DNA from: Alphaproteobacteria bacterium
Lineage (GTDB): Bacteria > Pseudomonadota > Alphaproteobacteria > UBA2136
Reading direction: 5' to 3'
DNA length: 64,000 nt
Assembly: GCA_047635695.1 (NCBI GenBank)
Contig: JBLILN010000008.1
Coordinates: 18,870-82,869, forward strand
Shown here: positions 48,643 through 59,587 of the stretch, one piece after another
Layout: the number at the start of each line of letters is the position of its first letter
How positions within the stretch are numbered: the first letter of the stretch is position 1
Made by a program: the position numbers and the translations under genes
Notes under the pieces: model-generated
Seen by the model: only the letters and a program-made list of their open reading frames with translations
Told to the model about the DNA's origin: nothing
The model's database searches: none

Positions 48643-49275
48643 TTAATCGTCAGTGAGCTCTATAACATCATCAGACCATTCATCTGGTAATAGATATGTT
48701 TTCCAAGCAGCGGGTATATGACGACCAAATAAAAGCTTTAAGCTATTTTTCCATAACTCTCTCATGGTCGGTTGGTAGGGTTTGAATTTAAGGGTCATAC
48801 CCACTTCTTTAAGGGTTTTATCTGCTTTTTTAGTGTTGCACGGTGCACATGATGCCACAATATTTTCCCAACTCTTTGGCCCCCCTTGCGACTTAGGGTG
48901 AACATGGTCCATCGTGAGTGTACAACCATTATTTTGATCGCTTAAATAACCATCTCGACCACAGTATTGACAAGAATACATATCTCTCAGCAACAAGTTA
49001 CGTCTTGTGAAAGGTGGGTGCGTGGGTGGTGTAATATATCTTTTTAAAACAATAACACATGGAATAGGCAGTGACATTGAAGGCGAGTGAACATGTGTGT
49101 TGTAGCTTTCTAGAACATCCACACGGTCAAGAAAAAGCGCCTTAACGGCTTCCTGCCAAGTACAGACAGAAAGCGGATACCATGAAAGTGGCCTATAATC
49201 TGCATTTAGAACCAAAACAGGCCTATTTTGCATTAAACTTGCAGCTTTTTTAATTAAACTCGCATTATCTGCCAT
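48643..49275 (-). CDS. HNH endonuclease domain protein (210 aa)
   Basis: CQYCGRDGY...LTMDHVHPKSQGGPKSWENIVASCAPCNTKK is the HNH motif. The N-terminal VLVLNADYRPL...SWQEAVKALF is typical of a widespread conserved small HNH family. The ATG at 49275 has RBS ggagg. Confidence 0.7.
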   Translation of the reverse strand: MADNASLIKKAASLMQNRPVLVLNADYRPLSWYPLSVCTWQEAVKALFLDRVDVLESYNTHVHSPSMSLPIPCVIVLKRYITPPTHPPFTRRNLLLRDMYSCQYCGRDGYLSDQNNGCTLTMDHVHPKSQGGPKSWENIVASCAPCNTKKADKTLKEVGMTLKFKPYQPTMRELWKNSLKLLFGRHIPAAWKTYLLPDEWSDDVIELTDD

Positions 49276-49605
49276 GTGAGTATCCTCCATTTAAAAGTTT
49301 CCCCCATAAACAGGATACCCTCCAAACGCCTATAATTGCCAGTAAAATATGCCTATATATTAAGCATGTATACGAAGGGGCTAAATGCCCAGTGATATTT
49401 ATGTGATTGTTTTTATTTAAACTATTACGAGCCAGTCCCTCCTTATATGTCAATTATCTTTACTTGTATCCTATGTATACTTATGTGATGAATCATAAAA
49501 AAATAACCGACACAAGCCAATCCATCTAACAACCAAGCGCATTTTATTGTCAAAATAAAGGAACTCACATAGAGTTATGATACATAAACAGGAAGGTACA
49601 GAATA

Positions 49606-50061
49606 ATGGATGCGCGTAAAATAAGTCATAACTTCAGAAAATATATTATCTCTCTGGCAGCAGCTATTTTATTCATAAAAACCGTCATGTTCCTTGAAAC
49701 GTATGCCGTCTATTTTACACGAGATGAAGGATTTGAACCGCTTTATGCTGCAAGTATATTAATAGGCATGCTGACACTTATCGTTATTTACATTGCTATA
49801 TTTTTCTTTATGGATAAATTTTTCGTACACCATAAATATAAGCGACCTCTTTTAAAAGAAGGCATTCAACGTTTAAAAATTATTGGGGGACTTGTGGCTA
49901 TTAGCTCTTTTGTCCATGCGTTCACCATTAGTTTTATCAATGTTATCGACCACAAAAATAACTTTAACTTTTGGTTAGAAAGCTTGCTTCGGTTCAACTA
50001 CCTCACATTCGCCACAGGATTATTTATTATAGCCTTATGTTACACAACAAGTGAAAAATAA
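49606..50061 (+). CDS. Hypothetical membrane protein (151 aa, 4 TM)
   Basis: ORF with a hydrophobicity pattern. Confidence 0.45.
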   Translation: MDARKISHNFRKYIISLAAAILFIKTVMFLETYAVYFTRDEGFEPLYAASILIGMLTLIVIYIAIFFFMDKFFVHHKYKRPLLKEGIQRLKIIGGLVAISSFVHAFTISFINVIDHKNNFNFWLESLLRFNYLTFATGLFIIALCYTTSEK

Positions 50062-50173
50062 ACGTTTGTGACTGTTAACACAAGAAAGCATCCGAAGGGT
50101 TTAAAAGTTAGTTTCAAGGCCGACGTTTATGGTTTATAAACAAGAACGCAGAAAAATGATCTATAAATCTATT

Positions 50174-50845
50174 TTAGTGAATAATTTTGCTACCCGCTGG
50201 GCGCATTTCTTTGAACATATCGTCAACTTGGTCAATACCTAATTGCTGTAAAAGTGAAGCCGTACCGTGAATATGCTTCAACGCTGATTGGTAAATCATT
50301 TGATGTGAAGGTGTTACTTCCTTGCCTAAAAGTGCATATTCGGGGATAGCAACAATATCTATATTTTTAAGCATTGGTTGGCAAAGTTGCGCTTGTTCTG
50401 CTGTAATTTGAACAGTCCATACAACGCCATTCACAGGTACCATTGTACCACTACTCACATCTTCGCATTTAAATGTTGGTACGGAAGAAACACGGTCAAC
50501 ACTAATAAGACCTGCATCGAGAGATTTATAAAAAACGTCACCGAGCAATGTTTTAACAGCGCTTTTTGTCGCCGCTGTAATATCACTATGTTCACCAAGG
50601 CCTAGGCAACTTGAAAAGCGTGCTTGGCCATTTTTTGAATTTTTAACCATAACAAAGTGTCTTGTACCATTTTCAAAATACCAAAAAATAACACTGCCCG
50701 CGACAGCACTATTTTTGAATGAGGTAATGGTCATATCACGGCCATAAAGAAAGTTAACAACCGTTGAAGCGATAGACATTTTTAGACGCGTTAAAAGGCT
50801 TTGTTTCTCAGAAACGATTGGATTTTCTGTGTTTTCATGCGTCAT
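50174..50845 (-). CDS. Hypothetical protein (223 aa)
   Basis: ORF only. Confidence 0.45.
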   Translation of the reverse strand: MTHENTENPIVSEKQSLLTRLKMSIASTVVNFLYGRDMTITSFKNSAVAGSVIFWYFENGTRHFVMVKNSKNGQARFSSCLGLGEHSDITAATKSAVKTLLGDVFYKSLDAGLISVDRVSSVPTFKCEDVSSGTMVPVNGVVWTVQITAEQAQLCQPMLKNIDIVAIPEYALLGKEVTPSHQMIYQSALKHIHGTASLLQQLGIDQVDDMFKEMRPAGSKIIH

Positions 50846-51036
50846 AAAAGGTATGCCTCGTCTAAAAATTGATGTTTTTGTTGTATGACCAACTATATAC
50901 TATATTGTGCTTTAATGCCATTTTTTCAATCGTTTTTCAGGTATTTTTTTTACATATTTCTCATAACGGGCTATATCATAGTACATTAGGCAATATATTG
51001 TTGACCCTCCTCGTCGCATTAGGTACAACTTATTTC

Positions 51037-53256
51037 ATGGAAAATGAATTATTTGATGGTTTAAACCAACCTCAACTTGAAGCTGTAAAACAAACAGAAG
51101 GTGCATTACTTATACTGGCTGGTGCCGGTACAGGTAAAACACGTGTGCTTACAACACGCCTAGCACATATTTTATGGCAAGGGCTTGCACAGCCCAACCA
51201 GATTATGGCCGTTACGTTTACAAACAAAGCCGCAAAAGAAATGCAAAACCGTGTTGAAGACTTAATGGGGCGCCCTATGGCTGGCATGTGGATGGGTACT
51301 TTTCATTCATTGTGTGTTCGCTTATTACGTCACCACCCTGAGCCTGTGGGGCTTGAACGCAATTTTAATATTATTGATATGGACGACCAATCCCGCCTTT
51401 GTAAGCAAATTTTAAACGAAAAAGGCTTCGACATTAAAAAATGGCCTGCGAAGCAGTTGGTTAATACAATTTCTCGCTGGAAAGACAATGCTTGGGAACC
51501 CAAAGACGTCCCTGCAAGTGACGGCCAAACCTTCGACCACCGTGGTGTTGAACTTTACAAAGAATATCAAAAACGTTTAGGCATTAACAATGCTTGCGAC
51601 TTTGGTGACCTCCTTTTAAAAGCCTTAAAGCTCTTCAAAGAAAATGCTGATATTCTCGAAAAATATCAAACATGGTTCCGTTATATTTTGGTCGATGAGT
51701 ATCAAGACACCAACGCCGTGCAATACATGTGGATACGCCTGCTTGCCATGAAACGTAAAAACATTTGCGTAGTAGGTGACGACGACCAGTCTATTTACGG
51801 TTGGCGTGGTGCACAGGTCGGCAACATATTGCGCTTTGAACGTGACTATGCCAATTGTAAGGTTGTAAAACTTGAACAAAATTATCGTTCAACCTCCAAT
51901 ATTTTAAAGGCCGCTTCAAGCCTTATTGCCAATAACAGTGAACGCCACGAAAAAACATTGTGGAGCGAGCAAGGCAAAGGTGCCCCCGTTGAAATACACC
52001 CTTTGTGGGACGGCAAGGAAGAAGCTCGCACCATTACCGACCGTATTGAACGTGAAGTTATTGGTGGCAAAAGCTACAACGATATTGCTTTACTGCTCCG
52101 TACAGCAGCACAAACACGCCCGTTTGAGGAAATGTTTGTTAAAATGCATGTGCCTTATACCATTGTCGGCGGTTTAAAGTTTTATGAACGTAAAGAAATT
52201 AGAGACGCCATTGCTTATTTGCGTCTTGTACATAGTGAAAGCGACGGATTAGCCTTTGAACGTATTGTTAACGTACCAAAACGTGGTGTCGGTGACAGTG
52301 CTTTGAAAGCCATACGCATGTGTGCCTTCGAATTGGAAGCTTCCATGATGGTAGGCTCACGCAAAGCCTTAGCCGATGGCACTGCAGGGCGTGCTGCAAA
52401 CAAACTCAAGGTTTTTCACGAACTGATCGACTACCTTACAAGCAAGCGTGACGAAACGACACCAGACCGCCTTATGGAGCTTATCCTTGACGAAAGTGGC
52501 TACTATGAAATGTTGAAGAGCGATAAAAACAAAGAAGAAGCCTCTGGCCGCCTTGAAAACTTAAAAGAACTTATTCGTGCTATGCAGGAATATGAAGACG
52601 TTGAAAGCTTCCTTGAGCATGTGTCATTGGTAATGGATAATGAATCGGAAGATACAGACGTTGTCCGTATGACAACCGTACACGCCGCCAAAGGTCTCGA
52701 ATTTGACATGGTGTTTATCCCCGGTTTTGAAGATGGTATATTCCCACACCAACGTGCCCTCAATGAAGAAGGTGAAAAAGGTCTCGAAGAAGAGCGCCGC
52801 CTCGCCTACGTTGCTATGACAAGGGCTAAAAAAGAATTAATACTGTCTTACACTTCATCACGCTTTATGTATGGCCATTTTGAACCCGCAACAGCGTCAC
52901 GCTTCCTTACGGAAATTCCAAGTGAATGTACCAAAACCATGCAAAGCGGTGGCCGACAAAATACGTGGCGTGCAGGCAGTGGCAGCGCTTATGATAAACA
53001 AAACAAAGGCAACACACCTTTATTTGGTCGTCAAACAGGTGGTTACGCAAAACATGACGCTGTACCAGCAGTGAAGCCTATGAACACTGAAGGCGCCACT
53101 TTTGATATCGGCACACGCATTTTCCACCAAAAATTTGGTTACGGCCGCATTAAACGTCAAGAAGGTACTGGTGCGTCTGAAAAACTCACTATTTCATTCG
53201 ACAAGGCAGGTGAGAAAAAGCTTCTAACAGCGCTTGCCAACCTCGAAAAAGCTTAA
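51037..53256 (+). CDS. uvrD: UvrD/PcrA/Rep-family ATP-dependent DNA helicase
   Basis: Motif I LILAGAGTGKTRVLTTRLAHIL, motif II VDEYQDTN and VGDDDQSIYGWRGA. The start is taken at ATG 51037 (MENELFDGLNQPQLEAV). The ORF track extends upstream to 50869. Confidence 0.9.
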   Translation: MENELFDGLNQPQLEAVKQTEGALLILAGAGTGKTRVLTTRLAHILWQGLAQPNQIMAVTFTNKAAKEMQNRVEDLMGRPMAGMWMGTFHSLCVRLLRHHPEPVGLERNFNIIDMDDQSRLCKQILNEKGFDIKKWPAKQLVNTISRWKDNAWEPKDVPASDGQTFDHRGVELYKEYQKRLGINNACDFGDLLLKALKLFKENADILEKYQTWFRYILVDEYQDTNAVQYMWIRLLAMKRKNICVVGDDDQSIYGWRGAQVGNILRFERDYANCKVVKLEQNYRSTSNILKAASSLIANNSERHEKTLWSEQGKGAPVEIHPLWDGKEEARTITDRIEREVIGGKSYNDIALLLRTAAQTRPFEEMFVKMHVPYTIVGGLKFYERKEIRDAIAYLRLVHSESDGLAFERIVNVPKRGVGDSALKAIRMCAFELEASMMVGSRKALADGTAGRAANKLKVFHELIDYLTSKRDETTPDRLMELILDESGYYEMLKSDKNKEEASGRLENLKELIRAMQEYEDVESFLEHVSLVMDNESEDTDVVRMTTVHAAKGLEFDMVFIPGFEDGIFPHQRALNEEGEKGLEEERRLAYVAMTRAKKELILSYTSSRFMYGHFEPATASRFLTEIPSECTKTMQSGGRQNTWRAGSGSAYDKQNKGNTPLFGRQTGGYAKHDAVPAVKPMNTEGATFDIGTRIFHQKFGYGRIKRQEGTGASEKLTISFDKAGEKKLLTALANLEKA

Positions 53257-53263
53257 GCACAAA

Positions 53264-53290
53264 TAAAAAACCCTCAAAAGAGGGTTTTTT
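53264..53290. terminator. Bidirectional terminator (ccctc aaaa gaggg, A6 / T6)
   Basis: aaataaaaaaccctcaaaagagggttttttcg. Confidence 0.6.
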
Positions 53291-53310
53291 CGCTATAAAC
53301 CGTATAGATA

Positions 53311-53652
53311 TCAAACTAATTTAAACTCAGCACGTTTCTCTTGTACACATTCTGCTTTAAACTCTTCAACCATAAAATTTTGTGCTTCTTGTTGGTCTTG
53401 CATAAGCGGCATGTCGTCCATTTTTCTTAGGCAACCGCCCTCATTAATATAGTTACGCAGTTCATCTGCAAATGTATAAAGATTTTCAATTTTAACAAAT
53501 TCATGTCTACAACGTTGCTCGGTAAAAGTGTTTACTTCTGCAATCTCATCAGAAACATCTTCTTCACGTGCCGTTTTATAAATAAGCGTTAAAAGCTTTG
53601 CTTTAAAGGTTACCGCTGCAATATTTGTTACAGTGTTCATAAAAGTTACCAA
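53311..53652 (-). CDS. Hypothetical protein (113 aa)
   Basis: ORF only. Confidence 0.4.
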   Translation of the reverse strand: MVTFMNTVTNIAAVTFKAKLLTLIYKTAREEDVSDEIAEVNTFTEQRCRHEFVKIENLYTFADELRNYINEGGCLRKMDDMPLMQDQQEAQNFMVEEFKAECVQEKRAEFKLV

Positions 53653-53831
53653 AAGGTTAGTTAGTTTATATATATAATAAGAACGACCTTAAGTATTTTC
53701 AAGCCTAACCCCTGCACATACACCTAAAAGTAACAAAATGCCTTTAAAATATGATTTTTTTTGCAATTTTAAGGTGAAAGCTGTACATTTCTATGTCTTA
53801 AATAAACAATTAATAAAAGGTTCAAAAAGCT

Positions 53832-55202
53832 ATGACAGCCAAATCAATGGAAGATCTCGTATCATTATGTAAACGCCGTGGATTCATTTTCCAAAGTGGG
53901 GAATTATACGGCGGACTTAAAGGTATGTATGACTTTGGCCCTTTAGGTGTCGAGCTTAAAAACAACCTTAAAAGTGCTTGGTGGCGCAGCATGATTTATG
54001 AACGCGATGATATTGAAGGTCTAGACTCATCGATCATCGGCCACAACAAACTTTTTAAATACTCTGGCCACACAGACACATTCAGTGACCCTTTGGTTGA
54101 CTGTAAAGAATGTCACCACCGTATGCGTGCCGACCACATGAAAGACGCTACAAAATGCGACAAATGTGGCAGTGACAACATTACAGAACCACGTGAGTTC
54201 AACATGATGTTTAAAACACATATTGGCCCCGTCGAAAATGACGAAAGCATTGGTTACTTACGCCCAGAAACAGCGCAACACATTTTTGCTAACTTCAAAA
54301 ACGTTGTCGACAGCACGTCTCGTCAAATACCTTTTGGTATTGCACAAATGGGTAAAGCCTTCCGTAACGAAATTGTGGCACGTAATTTTATTTTCCGTGT
54401 CCGTGAATTTGAACAAATGGAACTTGAATTCTTCGTTAAACCTGGTGAAGACGAAAAATGGCACGACTACTGGCTGCAAGCACGTCTTAACTGGTGGGAA
54501 GAACAAGGTGTTCCAAAAGAAAAAATCCACGTTTTGGACGTACCCGCTAATGACCTAGCGCATTATTCTAAAAAAACATACGACCTAGAATACGAATTCC
54601 CGCATGGCCGTGACGAACTTGAAGGTATTGCTAACCGTACTGACTACGACCTTGGTAACCACACTAAAGCACAGTCTGAGTACAATATTCAAGCGAAGGT
54701 ACATGAGAACACAGAATCAACGACTAAAATGGCTATCCGTGACCTAGAGACAAACTCTTGGTACATTCCATTCGTTATCGAACCTTCAGCTGGTGTAGAA
54801 CGCGGTATGATTGCTGTTCTTAACGAAGCTTATAACGAAGAAGACTTAGGTGAAGGCAAGACTCGTACAGTGCTTAAATTCCCTAAACACTTAAGCCCTA
54901 TTAAAGTAGCGGTTGTACCTTTGAAGAAAAACCATGCTGGCATTGTTGAAAAATGTACAGAAACCAAAAATATGCTCATGAAGCTTGGTATTGGCCGTAT
55001 CTTCTTTGAAAACACAGGTAATATTGGTAAAGCTTACCGCCGTCATGACGAAGTGGGTACCCCGCTATGTGTGACTGTTGACTTTGATACAATTGAACAG
55101 ACAGGTGCGCCTGTAACTATTCGTGACCGTGACACAATGGAACAAACAACTATTCCACTCAGCGAACTTAAAGCTTATATTCAGCAATATTTTGCCAATT
55201 AA
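53832..55202 (+). CDS. glyQS: Glycine--tRNA ligase, homodimeric alpha2 (eukaryote/archaeal-like) type
   Basis: MEDLVSLCKRRGFIFQSGELYGGLKGMYDFGPLGVELKNNLKSAWW is near-identical in pattern to alpha2-type GlyRS N-termini. 456 aa. Confidence 0.9.
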   Translation: MTAKSMEDLVSLCKRRGFIFQSGELYGGLKGMYDFGPLGVELKNNLKSAWWRSMIYERDDIEGLDSSIIGHNKLFKYSGHTDTFSDPLVDCKECHHRMRADHMKDATKCDKCGSDNITEPREFNMMFKTHIGPVENDESIGYLRPETAQHIFANFKNVVDSTSRQIPFGIAQMGKAFRNEIVARNFIFRVREFEQMELEFFVKPGEDEKWHDYWLQARLNWWEEQGVPKEKIHVLDVPANDLAHYSKKTYDLEYEFPHGRDELEGIANRTDYDLGNHTKAQSEYNIQAKVHENTESTTKMAIRDLETNSWYIPFVIEPSAGVERGMIAVLNEAYNEEDLGEGKTRTVLKFPKHLSPIKVAVVPLKKNHAGIVEKCTETKNMLMKLGIGRIFFENTGNIGKAYRRHDEVGTPLCVTVDFDTIEQTGAPVTIRDRDTMEQTTIPLSELKAYIQQYFAN

Positions 55203-55214
55203 GCCTTATACAAA

Positions 55215-55253
55215 CATAAAAAAAAGCCTCCTTTAGGAGGCTTTTTTATTTCG
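55215..55253. repeat. Palindromic terminator-like repeat, copy 3 (cataaaaaaaagcctcctttaggaggcttttttatttcg)
   Basis: Same flanks and stem as copies 1 and 2. The loop differs. Confidence 0.6.
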
Positions 55254-55265
55254 ATAATTTAATTA

Positions 55266-55442
55266 TTACTTGTCCATTGCAAATATACAAAAAACACCGA
55301 CACCTGCAACGAACCCTAAAAAAGGATCAATATAAGCACAGGCTATAATAACAGTAGCAGCAGTTATATATTTAATAGCTTTTTTTGAATTGGGGCCAAG
55401 TTCAAGTACAATAACTTTATTACCTTGATTTTTATAAGACAT
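55266..55442 (-). CDS. Candidate 58-aa small membrane protein (below the ORF-track cutoff)
   Basis: Translation is MSYKNQGNKVIVLELGPNSKKAIKYITAATVIIACAYIDPFLGFVAGVGVFCIFAMDK. There is no clear RBS. It lies 11 nt downstream of the preceding gene. Confidence 0.25.
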   Translation of the reverse strand: MSYKNQGNKVIVLELGPNSKKAIKYITAATVIIACAYIDPFLGFVAGVGVFCIFAMDK

Positions 55443-55453
55443 AATAATACTTT

Positions 55454-55810
55454 TTATTTATCAAAGTTAACTTCTAAAATACCTTTTTTAGGCTTGGTTT
55501 CAACAGTACGGCCTTCAAGAGTGTCTTTTAGTTCCTGCCATTTTTCGAGCAACATTTCTCGGCGCTTTGAAATCATACGGATAATAGCCTGACAGCGATC
55601 AATGGGATTTTCCATAGAAAATTGTAGTAAATCAATTTCTACCTGTAAGGCTTTAAGTTCTTCGCGGCTACTTTCTGACGCATTTTGTATAAGGTCCGCT
55701 ATAGCATCCCGAAAAAGTGTTTCTACTACTTCTGGCTCTTCTTGAACCATAAGCATCAAAGTATCAAAGGCGTCAGCACCCATAAGGTCAATGAATTTTA
55801 ATTTATTCAT
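55454..55810 (-). CDS. DUF3135-like small protein (118 aa), paralog A
   Basis: FDTLMLMVQEEPEVVETLFRDAIADLIQNASESSREELKALQVEIDLLQFSMENPIDRCQAI fits my recollection of the DUF3135 pattern (FD.L...A..DPE.FE.LR...I...I..AP.....RL..LQ..ID.....NP..). Confidence 0.5.
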   Translation of the reverse strand: MNKLKFIDLMGADAFDTLMLMVQEEPEVVETLFRDAIADLIQNASESSREELKALQVEIDLLQFSMENPIDRCQAIIRMISKRREMLLEKWQELKDTLEGRTVETKPKKGILEVNFDK

Positions 55811-56057
55811 TACTTACTCCAGGTAAACATTTAGCAATTCTCATGTATTCTTCGTGATCATTAATAAGGAAATTTGCCTGTAAGTTAGTTAAATGTACTT
55901 TCATTTCAGGGGTACGAGCTTCAGTAATCATTTTATCACTTGCTTCTTTATATAAAGATTCAAGTTTTGTAGGTTCTTCTCGTGCCATACGCATCAATTC
56001 ATCAAAGTTTTCAGGGTTCAAAAGTTCATCAATAGTTATATTTTTTGATTCAGTCAT
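55803..56057 (-). CDS. DUF3135-like small protein, paralog B (84 aa from the ATG at 56057)
   Basis: FDELMRMAREEPTKLESLYKEASDKMITEARTPEMKVHLTNLQ parallels paralog A. RBS ggaggg lies 8 nt upstream. Its stop overlaps paralog A's start. Confidence 0.45.
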   Translation of the reverse strand: MTESKNITIDELLNPENFDELMRMAREEPTKLESLYKEASDKMITEARTPEMKVHLTNLQANFLINDHEEYMRIAKCLPGVSNE

Positions 56058-56176
56058 AATATGTTCCCTCCAAGGGAAACGTGGATAAGTAAAAACGTCG
56101 AAAGACGTTAAAGAAACGATTAAGATAATCAGTAAGTTGACTATAGTGTACAAGCATTTTACATGCAAGCCTAGAA

Positions 56177-56217
56177 TAAAAAAAACACCTGAACCGTTAA
56201 TGATGCAGGTGTTTTTT
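56177..56217. terminator. Bidirectional terminator (acacctg-N13-caggtgt, A8 / T6)
   Basis: aaaaaaaacacctgaaccgttaatgatgcaggtgtttttt. Confidence 0.6.
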
Positions 56218-56231
56218 ATGTACTTTAAATT

Positions 56232-57089
56232 TTAACGTTCTATATCATAACTTGCATTTACTTCAGCTTCATCTAAACCATATTGTTGTGCAAAGTCTTT
56301 ACCCTGCCCTACCTCTAAGTTAATTTGAATATTGTCAGCAATTTCGCCTGTCACTTTGTCATTACTACACTCTGCCTGCGCTAATTTATACAACACATCA
56401 GCATTCAACGTATGTGCAGGGTCTAAGTTTTTCATATGATTATGCAGGTTAGAGATTTCTTCATTAGAAAGATTATGAATTAAGTTACTATCAGAAATTT
56501 CTGCACCACATTCATTGGCCGTCAACACTTCACGAATGTCTTTGTTAATAGAGTGTGCAGTCACGCCGTTTTCAGAAATTTTTTCATTCATGTCTAACCA
56601 CTGTTCGCGTTTTTCATGGCGTTCAGCCTCAGCAGCAATTTCTTCAGCGCTCATTTCGACTTTGATTTCACCATTTTCATCAATAGATACCTCACCTGTA
56701 CCATTATGCGTTACGGTTGACTCTGTGAGACCATCCTTCGTCACAGTTCTAATATTCATACTGCTAGCACCCAGTTCATCAACCTGTTGGACACCATTTT
56801 GCAGTTCTGCAAAACGTGCATCATGTTCGTTTTGTGGCTCTGCATTCATCGCATTTTCAGAAGCATCTTGCTGAGATTGCTGAAAATTATCCATTTGTTG
56901 TTGTTGTTCTAATTTATACTGATCAAATACTGACATTTTTTGATCCACTTGTGCCGTTGCCACTGTAGGTGAATCGCCACCTATTTCACGAGCTTCTTGC
57001 GCCATCGCATTACCAGCAACACCAACGAGCCCACCGTAAGCCATCATTGCACCTGCAATTTTATTGCGATATTTATCCATAAAAGACAT
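56232..57089 (-). CDS. Hypothetical Gln/Glu-rich protein with hydrophobic N-terminal segment (285 aa)
   Basis: The ORF has KIAGAMMAYGGLVGVAGNAMA near the N-terminus, then QQQQMDNFQQSQQ and acidic repeats. Confidence 0.5.
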   Translation of the reverse strand: MSFMDKYRNKIAGAMMAYGGLVGVAGNAMAQEAREIGGDSPTVATAQVDQKMSVFDQYKLEQQQQMDNFQQSQQDASENAMNAEPQNEHDARFAELQNGVQQVDELGASSMNIRTVTKDGLTESTVTHNGTGEVSIDENGEIKVEMSAEEIAAEAERHEKREQWLDMNEKISENGVTAHSINKDIREVLTANECGAEISDSNLIHNLSNEEISNLHNHMKNLDPAHTLNADVLYKLAQAECSNDKVTGEIADNIQINLEVGQGKDFAQQYGLDEAEVNASYDIER

Positions 57090-57235
57090 AGAGTTCCCCT
57101 TATTTAATAAAATTTAATTATTAATATACATAAATGTACGTATATTTATGAGGAACCACACAAGAATAGAGATGGCATAACTGACATATAACTGACGCAT
57201 ACAGGGGTTTTATAAAACTTTATACTTCAAACGCA

Positions 57236-57259
57236 AAAAGCACCCGAAGGTGCTTTTTA
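57236..57259. terminator. Bidirectional terminator (gcacc cgaa ggtgc, A5 / T5), immediately 3' of the 16S trailer
   Basis: aaaaagcacccgaaggtgcttttt. Confidence 0.6.
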
Positions 57260-57260
57260 A

Positions 57261-57296
57261 TGTTCTTTGAAATTTGAAATCAGACTTATTTGTGAG
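57261..57296 (-). other. 16S trailer half of a long-range precursor processing stem (complementary to 58969-59009)
   Basis: Plus-strand tgttctttgaaatttgaaatcagacttatttgtgagg is the reverse complement, within a few mismatches, of plus-strand 58969-59009 cctcacaaatagttctgatttcatattcaattttcaaagag. Confidence 0.5.
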
Positions 57297-57304
57297 GTGC
57301 GGAT

Positions 57305-58810
<1,506 letters not shown>

Positions 58811-58968
58811 ATGTTCTTAACATCAAGTGTTAAGTTCGTCCCTGAACTCTTTTTACTTTATAGTATTTATGGTCAATTTACTCAAAAAAATTAACGAGTA
58901 ATTTTTTTGGTATTTGCCAAGTTCAGAAACGTCATAATATTATATATTTTCTAGACATCATCCGAACC

Positions 58969-59009
58969 TCACAAATAGTTCTGATTTCATATTCAATTTT
59001 CAAAGAGCT
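58969..59009 (-). other. 16S leader half of the processing stem. Contains a boxA-like gctctttgaaaat on the transcribed strand
   Basis: See 57261-57296. The RNA-sense sequence is ...aagctctttgaaaattgaatatgaaatcagaactatttgtgagg. Confidence 0.45.
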
Positions 59010-59093
59010 TGTTAATCCGTCTCACCACTTAACTTAACTTCTGGCTAGGCCGTCCGTCTTGTTGTTGGTGTGTAGTGCGTTTCAACAAGGCGG

Positions 59094-59122
59094 AATATAG
59101 TCCGAACGCCCCATGGTGTCAA
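59094..59122 (-). promoter_or_regulatory. Candidate rrs promoter: TTGACA-17 bp-TATATT with an A-tract UP-like element upstream and a GC-rich discriminator (ccgcc) downstream
   Basis: Minus-strand reading: aaaaatgaaaaaaaagtaaaaaaagtgcaaaaaggttgTTGACAccatggggcgttcggacTATATTccgccttg. Confidence 0.5.
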
Positions 59123-59587
59123 CAACCTTTTTGCACTTTTTTTACTTTTTTTTCATTTTTATTCGTTGAATGCCATTAATGCCTTATAAAACATAGGTTT
59201 TTATGTTTCATTTATTTTAAATAAAATATCAAAGAAAATGAATATATGGCATTTCCTTCATAAAATTCACTAAAAACAATCTAAAATAGATAAAATTAAA
59301 TTCTATTTTTTATCTAAAAATGTCGTTTTTTATGAATAATGGGTAAAAATAAGTGTGATTTTAATAAAAACTTTCTATTTTTAACTTTAAGAACGACATT
59401 ATTTTCTTCAAAACGGTCTTTTTATAGAAGCTTTGTTCTATATAAGGAAAATATTTCATGCTTTGTAGCCGTGAAAGGGGACAATAAAGGCGTATTAATA
59501 AGAAGATTAAATATAGAGGCTATACAATATATATGGAGAAGTACTATATATAGGGGAAATTTCAGTCAAATAAACTTGAGTATTTAT

